Part shown: piece after piece, positions 57,188-64,000 of the stretch
Position numbering within the stretch: position 1 is the stretch's first letter
How the letters are laid out: every line of letters begins with the position of its first letter
IMG/VR virus record: IMGVR_UViG_3300032270_001157
Location: 1 to 64,000 of that record
From: a virus
Lineage: Duplodnaviria > Caudoviricetes
Strand: one strand, 5' to 3'
Length of the DNA stretch: 64,000 nucleotides
Made by a program: the position numbers and the translations under genes
The notes under the pieces: model-generated
What the model was told of the DNA's origin: nothing
Database searches by the model: none
Seen by the model: the letters and a program-made list of their open reading frames with translations, nothing else

Positions 57188-60100
57188 TTATGGTTGATTT
57201 AAAGTTACTGTTGTGGTAGACAAGCCAGTATCATCGTAAGCTTTAATAGTAAAGCTAGTTGCATTTCTCCAATCATATCCTACAGAATTATTACTAGATA
57301 AACTAATTGTTAATCTATCGGTAACACTATTGTAAGAGTCATTCATATTTTGAACATTTAAAGTTCTAGTAAAATTACACATACTGTTATTAATTAATAT
57401 CTCTGGAATATTTTTATCAATAGGTCTAACTCCACCATCTATTTCAAAACTAAGGCTCCATGAACCATTATTATTCGTAATACCAGAAGAAATCACAGAC
57501 GGAGGTAGAATAATTTGTATAGGCTTATTGATAAATAGTGGGTATTCTGTTACGTATTTTTTAGGCACTAAAGTAGTTCCAGAAAAAGCTGGGAGACCAG
57601 TATTCTCTAAGGAAATCATCTTATAAGTATAGTCTTTATATAGTCCTGTGGGAGTTCCGCTCAATCCAAATCTCCATTCTCCATCTTTAATTTGAGTAAT
57701 GTTATTGATATTAATTTGATCATAATAATTTTTTCTAAGATCATAAAAGCCAGATATACTCAACCCACTAGAGAATGGATAATTAGTAGGACCACTGAAA
57801 GAAGCTACCAGAGTTCTGTTGTCTCCAGAAACTATTGATAGCCTATAGTTAAAAGGTAAAAGATTGTTGTTCTCGGTAGAGACAGAAGAACTATCCAATA
57901 TGTCTATGTAGTTTCCAGTAACATAAGATAGATTATTATGTTTAATTGTTATTAAACTATTATCGATAGATTGTATGAAGCATTTATCTTGTGCGGTTAC
58001 TGAGCCAGAGATTGCTAATCCATTTCTTTGGAAAGGTAGACTGATATTAGTAGAATAATTACTTTCTAAAATTATACCTGTGGTAAAAGACAGATCTCCA
58101 CTGAAAGTTAAAGTAATAGAATCATTAGGATTAAATCCTGTTGGTAAAACAATATTAAGATTTTGCCCATTAACTCCACCAAGGAAACCAGAATGTAGGT
58201 ATGTGCCAACCAAGATTTTTTTATTGAGTTTTTCTTGTATCATGCCAGTAAACGATGGGAGATAGTCTATTAAACTCCAAACGCTGTTATCTTGTAATTG
58301 ATAAAATGGAATTTTTTGACTACCACCACTAAATGGAATATATCCACCAATTGCTCTAATAGAGTATCCTGATATGGGCTGTCCACTCATGCAACTAATG
58401 CTATTTTTGATACCAGTAATGATAACTGGGGGGAAGCTCGATTGGATTGGATTATCATCTCTATTTCCTCCCTTATGAATCCAAAAATATTCATTTTCCG
58501 CATAGGGTAGAGCGTTATATTTGTAAGTTGGAAATGTGTCGGATGGCTTATCGATGAACAAAGATAAAACAGCACCAGAATTAAAAATATAATTGAATTG
58601 AATTGGTGTGCCGCCAGCAGCACCAGCAGGAGAGGTGGATGCAGAACCACTATTGATAGGGATGCCTGAAGCGCAATGTTTAATCAGATAATTAATAGAT
58701 ACTGGTCTAAAGTTTTCAGCTAGTACTTTTTCATATTCAGAATTACCATAAGCACATTTACTTAAGAGAGAATATGCCTGATTATTATATGAGAATGGAA
58801 CACTGTCTCCTCCTTGTGCTGGTGGAGGAGCGAATAATTCTACAGATGGCTTTGGAACACTAATTCCACTGATTCTAATATATCCTGTTTCCCAGCAATT
58901 AGAAGTTTTGATAGTATAAACAGTTGGGTCAGCACTATATTCTGGAATAGGAGTTACATTTAATCCTGAGAATGAAATGTCATTATTATTAAAGCTACCA
59001 GATAACGGTATAGCAGCGATAAACGATGGCTTCATTCTGCCAAATAAACCATAAGATGGTGGTCCGCCAACACTGGGCTTAAGCTTGAAAGTACCACAAC
59101 CCATAATACCAACAGTTGTATTTGAGTCTAGTGTACCATTAAACTTTTGCATATTAGTTGTATCATATAGCCTAAATGTGGATTTAACCAATCTACCAGT
59201 ACCAGTGGTAAATGTATGTCCTGGTACTACTATATAGCCAGAATTACCTATGGTTTGTGCTCTATATCCTCTATTAAATTGGTGAGAAGGATTATTATCA
59301 AACTCAAAATAAGTATCAGAAGAATTATTCGAGCCGATGTCTATTCTTGTGTTAGAGATATATACTTTAGTATCACCTGCTTCGTAGTTTCCACCGCTAT
59401 AGCTAAAAGTAGAAGTTTGGCAATTAGAGTGTGGTAGAATACTGGTGCATAATAATGAAACTGGGTCTGATGGTGGCCAATATGTATTAAAAGATAAATC
59501 AGATAGAGCCATAGTTCCTGATGGTTGTTCTACATTATTTATCTTTAATGCTCTTGGAGTATAAGCAGGTTTGTTATTTTCAAAATAAACAGTAACATTG
59601 ATTGGAGATGCAGGATTTGCAGTAGAAGTATCTGTGAAAGTAAACTGTTTATTTGCAGACTTATTTCTGGCGTCAAACACAGTTAAAGTTAATTTTTCAT
59701 TATACAAACCACCACTAGCAAAAGTTGATGGAACACCGTATATTCTTAAAGTGCCGCTAGATATATTATTCCATGGGGCAGAGGGCGCTCCTCCTGGGAA
59801 GGTGATACTATAATTTAGACCGGGAGGCAATGATCCACTAACTATCCACCCAGTAATACCTGTGGGGATTGGACAGCTTCCTCTATTTCTGATACCAAAC
59901 CTATAAGACCTATCAATAGAAACATCTCCGCAAAGAGGATATAATTCAATAGGATTCTGAGCCTGCTGAGATGGAGCCTCTATAATTTGTGGCGATGGAT
60001 GTGTTATGCCAGCAGCATCTAAAGAAGTATATAGTATAGAAGAAAAAACTGTATCAGAATCTAAGTACCGATTTTGGTTTGTGTCTGTGTCTATTGCGGT

Positions 60101-63100
60101 AATACTAAAAGGCTTTAAGCCACTAATATTACATAAAGGCATACCGTTGAAAACGAAATCCCATTTTTTATTAGTATTATCCCAAGCTCTACTAGTGAAA
60201 CAGGAGTTTTGTAACTCTATAGTAGCTTTAGGGTCATATCCACTACAGGGAGAGGGTAATCCAGAAAATAGTATTGTTGGAGGATAATTTGGATTAGCTA
60301 AACCTCCGCTAGTACTAAATTCAACATTCCATGCAGAACCTTCTGTTGCAATATAGTATGGTTCATCAATATTAATAATTTTTAAACGATCAGAAGTTGA
60401 AGATAGGGATGCGATAGTATTACTATCTAATTCTATTAAATTTAATTTAGCTATACCATATAATTTATCTGTTGAAATACCTTTACAGCTTAAAACCATA
60501 GAAGATGTTGTTGAGTCTGCAAGAGGAGAATTAATATTAGTAATAGCTAAATTGACATCCCATCTATCGTATATAGGACTACCAGAATAGGCATATTCCC
60601 ATAATCCTAAATTAGCATCATACTTATAATGTGATCTAGTAAGCGTAACCGTTGTTTCTTTTAATGCATCTGGGATCTTTATTATAGGAGGATCATTTGG
60701 GTTGGGACTAGACGCCTTAATATCTATAGTTGAAAAATATGGTTTATTAGGTGTAGTATAAATCAAATTTTTAATATTGTCTACATAAGGAGATCTGGTA
60801 AATAAAACGTTAACAGTATTATAGCTGGTAGAATAATCATCCTCGACATAAATCTTAATAAGATATTCACCTGTCGTTTTGCGATATTTGCCAAAAGAAT
60901 CTTTTTTAGCAAAGGCAACAAAGTTCCATCTATTATCTGTCTCGTGTGAGGATATTAATAAATATTCCAAGGGCTGTCCGCTGTACGATCCTATTGTTGG
61001 CAAATTAGAAAGTCTAACTCTAGGAGGTAAATCAGAACGATAAGCCCCTATTCCGTGATCCACCTTAAATTGAATGGCCCATGGTTCTTCTATATCAAAA
61101 GTTAATGGTTCTATTAGTTGTGTTTTATTAATCTCTAGATTTTTGTATAGAATTAGATTTATATTTTTAGTATAGTTATATCTTACCCAAGTAACCTCAT
61201 CATTTGCTCCGTAGACTGGTTGAGAAATAGCAATATTGATACTTTGGCCTTGATAATAACCAGCTGAACCATTTACTGTGGCCGTAACCCGATATCTTTT
61301 AGCACTAGTACTGTATTCTGTGGTTGGTGTTATAGTATATCCTGTATTTTGTCCAAACGTTACTACTAAATTAGTATTACTTACATTAGTGTCTGATGGA
61401 ATATAAAAAACAAAAGACTGTGTATTATTTGTGGTAATATTTAAGTATATACTATCGTCTAAATTTTGTGGCTGGATAGAGTACGTGGGAGCAGGAGCGT
61501 TGAGAGGAAGGATATTAATGGTTCCGGTTTGTGAGGAAAGTATCTCACCACTTACAAAATCTCTAATAGTAAGAACAGGATTAAAAACTCCTGTAGTGGA
61601 ACCTGCTGAACCAATTAAAATTTTACTATTAGAAGTAGGAGATAATCCATCATCAGAAATAGAGTATGTACTGCCAGGATAGTTGGTAGCAGTGATAGTG
61701 ATTGGTGTGCTAGGAAGATCTTTAATGTCGTATGGAATTACCCACTGCTCTACGCTGTTCTGATAGCTATAAACACTAACTGGAGATTTGATTACTGGAA
61801 TAATTTTAGAAGTTAAGAATATCTTTGTGGATACTGATCCACTTTCGTCTGTGGCTGTAAGTGTGATCTCTTTATTGGTTACTAATTGAGTAAGATTTTC
61901 TATAATCGCTACAATAGACCATTTTTTAGTAGTAGTATCATAACTAATATTAGTAGTGTCTATATTATATGTTCCTACTCCGTAAATATTAATTCTTGGA
62001 GCGGTGAGTGTAAGATTGTTATTCCATTTACCTGCTCCGTCAGCGATGGTAAATCTCAAATAAACAACTGACTTATTAGAAGGAAGCAATAAGGTGTCAT
62101 TACTATCAATACTATCATAGGATATGCCACTATCTAAAGAATACTCTATTTGAGAAATTTTAATAATTTCTGGAGACAAAGATATTAGTTGAGCCTGACT
62201 GGATTCATTGAATATAGCATTATATCCCCCAAATGTATTTATCTCTTTATTAAAATGTACTAAATGTTTCCATCTCTTAGATCCTGTATTATATGAATTA
62301 ATATAGGAATCTACGACCCCGTTAGCTCCTAAAGAGACTCTGCCACTAGAAACTACAAAAGAATTATCTAAATTTGGAAGTCTATTGGATTTTATATTAA
62401 AATCACTATCTACCAAATAAACCAAACCACTCCTATTGAAATAGTTTTCATTATATGGAATATTAATAGTAATTATTGATGGATTTAATTTATCTACAAC
62501 ATAATATAAACCATTAATTTCTGGACAATCATCTGAAAAATCAAAATATAATTTCTTATTAACTCCCCAAGGTCTGACATATCCAGATATGTTGTTGTTT
62601 TGCAATAGATTTGGCTGAGAGCCGAAACTGGATCTGTCTGTAGTATCTGAAACATTATTAAAAATAGTATTAGTAAAGCCCGTAATTCTGACACATAAAG
62701 AACCTGAAGAGCAGCCAATATTATTAGTGCCTATAGAATATACTCCAGTAACCGGAGCAGGAACGACAACTCCAGAAGGATCCATAGGCCACGAAGCAGT
62801 AGTTCCTCCGTATGTGTGGTAGTAAATATTATTACTAAAAGGAATATTACAATATCCAGAGACAGAACCCACAAAAGAAAGAGTACCTGTGGTAGATAAA
62901 TATTCTGTTAAACTATGACCTAAAGGATTAGTGAAACCAATTTTCTTGTTAAATGTCGAATTATTTAATATCACACTATCATTACCATTAATAATTACTC
63001 CAGTAAAAGCTGTATTTCTAGCATTTGAGTCAGTAACCCTGAGACTTCTGCTCACTCCAGAACTAAAACTAGAATTATTATTGTAATGTAAAACAGTTAG

Positions 63101-64000
63101 TTGATCTCCGACATTTAAATAGCTTCTTGGAGTAGACAAATTATCTATATAAATAGTATCGCCATTATAAAAATAACTATTAATATACTTAAGTCCATAA
63201 TAACTATTTATACAGGCGATGTCTTTGGTGAATATTTTAGGTAATCCACTCGTTGTAATTGCATATGTTTTAGCTGCATTTTCATTATATAAATCAGGAA
63301 TAGCATTATCTAAAATTAAAGAATTATCTGGGGTTATACCTGTAGTATAGATGTTATATAGATCAAAAAAGCAATATATTGGATATATGTCTGTGTTATA
63401 GGCTATTTGGTTACTAATATTAAGATATGGAGTAACATGAGTAATAGAACCAGATATAGCTTTAATTTCTATAACATCTCTAGGATATACAGAAGTATTG
63501 ATAGTTATTGGAATTTTCATAGCCAGAGAGTACGGTCTGGTATGATCATTAGATAACGGATATGGGAATGGACTACCAGAAGCTTGGGCACTAGCAGAGT
63601 TAATTAAATTAGCAGGTAGAATAGTACTAGTATTAAATAATGTGTTTGTACTAGAAGATGTTCCATTAATATACTTAATAGTACCTTGACTAGGATTAAT
63701 AGATAGTGTTTCAGAAGCAGATCTTGATGGACCACCAACATATTCTGGAGCGAAAGTATATGTTTGAGGATAGCCTCCTATTCCACTAACAGTATAAAAG
63801 TAACAATATCCAGACAGGCTAATAGAACCAGGAGTGCAGCCTCTAACTATATAGTTTTTTGTATAATCTAGTCCAGTATTAGGAGTAGAAGAAGCAGAAA
63901 AATTATAAGATAGGGCTGGAGAATCTATAGTGTTTTTGTCCAAAGCAATAGATTCTAGAGTATGCGTATTAACTATATGATTAGCTATAGTGATTCCGTT
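57188..64000 (-). CDS. Giant Ig/cadherin-like repeat virion protein (>2270 aa, 5'-truncated)
   Basis: The frame is open to the window edge (NGITIANHIVNTHTLESIAL precedes the track start). Putative-Ig signature GSLPPGL...GVP...LTVFD, with further ITLTATD/ITAID/IKAYD strands. Confidence 0.75.
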   Translation of the reverse strand, partial: NGITIANHIVNTHTLESIALDKNTIDSPALSYNFSASSTPNTGLDYTKNYIVRGCTPGSISLSGYCYFYTVSGIGGYPQTYTFAPEYVGGPSRSASETLSINPSQGTIKYINGTSSSTNTLFNTSTILPANLINSASAQASGSPFPYPLSNDHTRPYSLAMKIPITINTSVYPRDVIEIKAISGSITHVTPYLNISNQIAYNTDIYPIYCFFDLYNIYTTGITPDNSLILDNAIPDLYNENAAKTYAITTSGLPKIFTKDIACINSYYGLKYINSYFYNGDTIYIDNLSTPRSYLNVGDQLTVLHYNNNSSFSSGVSRSLRVTDSNARNTAFTGVIINGNDSVILNNSTFNKKIGFTNPLGHSLTEYLSTTGTLSFVGSVSGYCNIPFSNNIYYHTYGGTTASWPMDPSGVVVPAPVTGVYSIGTNNIGCSSGSLCVRITGFTNTIFNNVSDTTDRSSFGSQPNLLQNNNISGYVRPWGVNKKLYFDFSDDCPEINGLYYVVDKLNPSIITINIPYNENYFNRSGLVYLVDSDFNIKSNRLPNLDNSFVVSSGRVSLGANGVVDSYINSYNTGSKRWKHLVHFNKEINTFGGYNAIFNESSQAQLISLSPEIIKISQIEYSLDSGISYDSIDSNDTLLLPSNKSVVYLRFTIADGAGKWNNNLTLTAPRINIYGVGTYNIDTTNISYDTTTKKWSIVAIIENLTQLVTNKEITLTATDESGSVSTKIFLTSKIIPVIKSPVSVYSYQNSVEQWVIPYDIKDLPSTPITITATNYPGSTYSISDDGLSPTSNSKILIGSAGSTTGVFNPVLTIRDFVSGEILSSQTGTINILPLNAPAPTYSIQPQNLDDSIYLNITTNNTQSFVFYIPSDTNVSNTNLVVTFGQNTGYTITPTTEYSTSAKRYRVTATVNGSAGYYQGQSINIAISQPVYGANDEVTWVRYNYTKNINLILYKNLEINKTQLIEPLTFDIEEPWAIQFKVDHGIGAYRSDLPPRVRLSNLPTIGSYSGQPLEYLLISSHETDNRWNFVAFAKKDSFGKYRKTTGEYLIKIYVEDDYSTSYNTVNVLFTRSPYVDNIKNLIYTTPNKPYFSTIDIKASSPNPNDPPIIKIPDALKETTVTLTRSHYKYDANLGLWEYAYSGSPIYDRWDVNLAITNINSPLADSTTSSMVLSCKGISTDKLYGIAKLNLIELDSNTIASLSSTSDRLKIINIDEPYYIATEGSAWNVEFSTSGGLANPNYPPTILFSGLPSPCSGYDPKATIELQNSCFTSRAWDNTNKKWDFVFNGMPLCNISGLKPFSITAIDTDTNQNRYLDSDTVFSSILYTSLDAAGITHPSPQIIEAPSQQAQNPIELYPLCGDVSIDRSYRFGIRNRGSCPIPTGITGWIVSGSLPPGLNYSITFPGGAPSAPWNNISSGTLRIYGVPSTFASGGLYNEKLTLTVFDARNKSANKQFTFTDTSTANPASPINVTVYFENNKPAYTPRALKINNVEQPSGTMALSDLSFNTYWPPSDPVSLLCTSILPHSNCQTSTFSYSGGNYEAGDTKVYISNTRIDIGSNNSSDTYFEFDNNPSHQFNRGYRAQTIGNSGYIVVPGHTFTTGTGRLVKSTFRLYDTTNMQKFNGTLDSNTTVGIMGCGTFKLKPSVGGPPSYGLFGRMKPSFIAAIPLSGSFNNNDISFSGLNVTPIPEYSADPTVYTIKTSNCWETGYIRISGISVPKPSVELFAPPPAQGGDSVPFSYNNQAYSLLSKCAYGNSEYEKVLAENFRPVSINYLIKHCASGIPINSGSASTSPAGAAGGTPIQFNYIFNSGAVLSLFIDKPSDTFPTYKYNALPYAENEYFWIHKGGNRDDNPIQSSFPPVIITGIKNSISCMSGQPISGYSIRAIGGYIPFSGGSQKIPFYQLQDNSVWSLIDYLPSFTGMIQEKLNKKILVGTYLHSGFLGGVNGQNLNIVLPTGFNPNDSITLTFSGDLSFTTGIILESNYSTNISLPFQRNGLAISGSVTAQDKCFIQSIDNSLITIKHNNLSYVTGNYIDILDSSSVSTENNNLLPFNYRLSIVSGDNRTLVASFSGPTNYPFSSGLSISGFYDLRKNYYDQININNITQIKDGEWRFGLSGTPTGLYKDYTYKMISLENTGLPAFSGTTLVPKKYVTEYPLFINKPIQIILPPSVISSGITNNNGSWSLSFEIDGGVRPIDKNIPEILINNSMCNFTRTLNVQNMNDSYNSVTDRLTISLSSNNSVGYDWRNATSFTIKAYDDTGLSTTTVTLNQP

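Noticed and set aside
16942-62071. Numerous short + strand ORFs opposite the structural genes (e.g. 38118-38408, 43446-43814, 43821-44225), and - strand ORFs opposite the replication genes
   Set aside because: They are antisense shadows of long genes, with no recognisable motifs.
1-64000. tRNA, rRNA, integrase/att sites, IS elements, tail sheath gene
   Set aside because: None recognised. The window is almost fully protein-coding. A sheath could still lie outside the window, so a non-contractile tail is only tentative.

Overview
This is a 64 kb, AT-rich, densely coding segment of a large tailed dsDNA phage with two convergent modules. The + strand (1-16006) carries replication and recombination genes: dNMP kinase, HNH endonuclease, Cas4/AddB-like nuclease, a fragmented DnaE polymerase, DnaQ-like exonuclease, SSB, a glycosyltransferase-type cluster, a DUF559-type endonuclease, a candidate annealing protein and a TonB/TolA-like anchored protein. 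The - strand (15981-64000) carries tail and neck genes: giant adhesin/fibre proteins, neck/terminator proteins, tail tube, chaperone-like genes, a 3490-aa tape measure protein (TMP) and tail-tip proteins. No sheath gene is visible in the window. Two systems stand out. (1) DnaE is in three pieces. Its N-terminal PHP motif YVPLHVHS|MYSLLDG is broken by an exact 10-nt insert (TAG stop + SD-like AGGTGG) inside a long hairpin, suggesting recoding, bypassing or re-initiation. The gene is split again, without an intein, at the palm/fingers boundary, with a proofreading exonuclease between the halves. (2) The TMP looks like a modular polyprotein, with repeated paired GG linkers delimiting cargo that includes a HAD phosphatase with all four motifs and a PD-(D/E)xK-like segment. 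All product calls come from motif recognition by eye; no database searches or folding programs were run.
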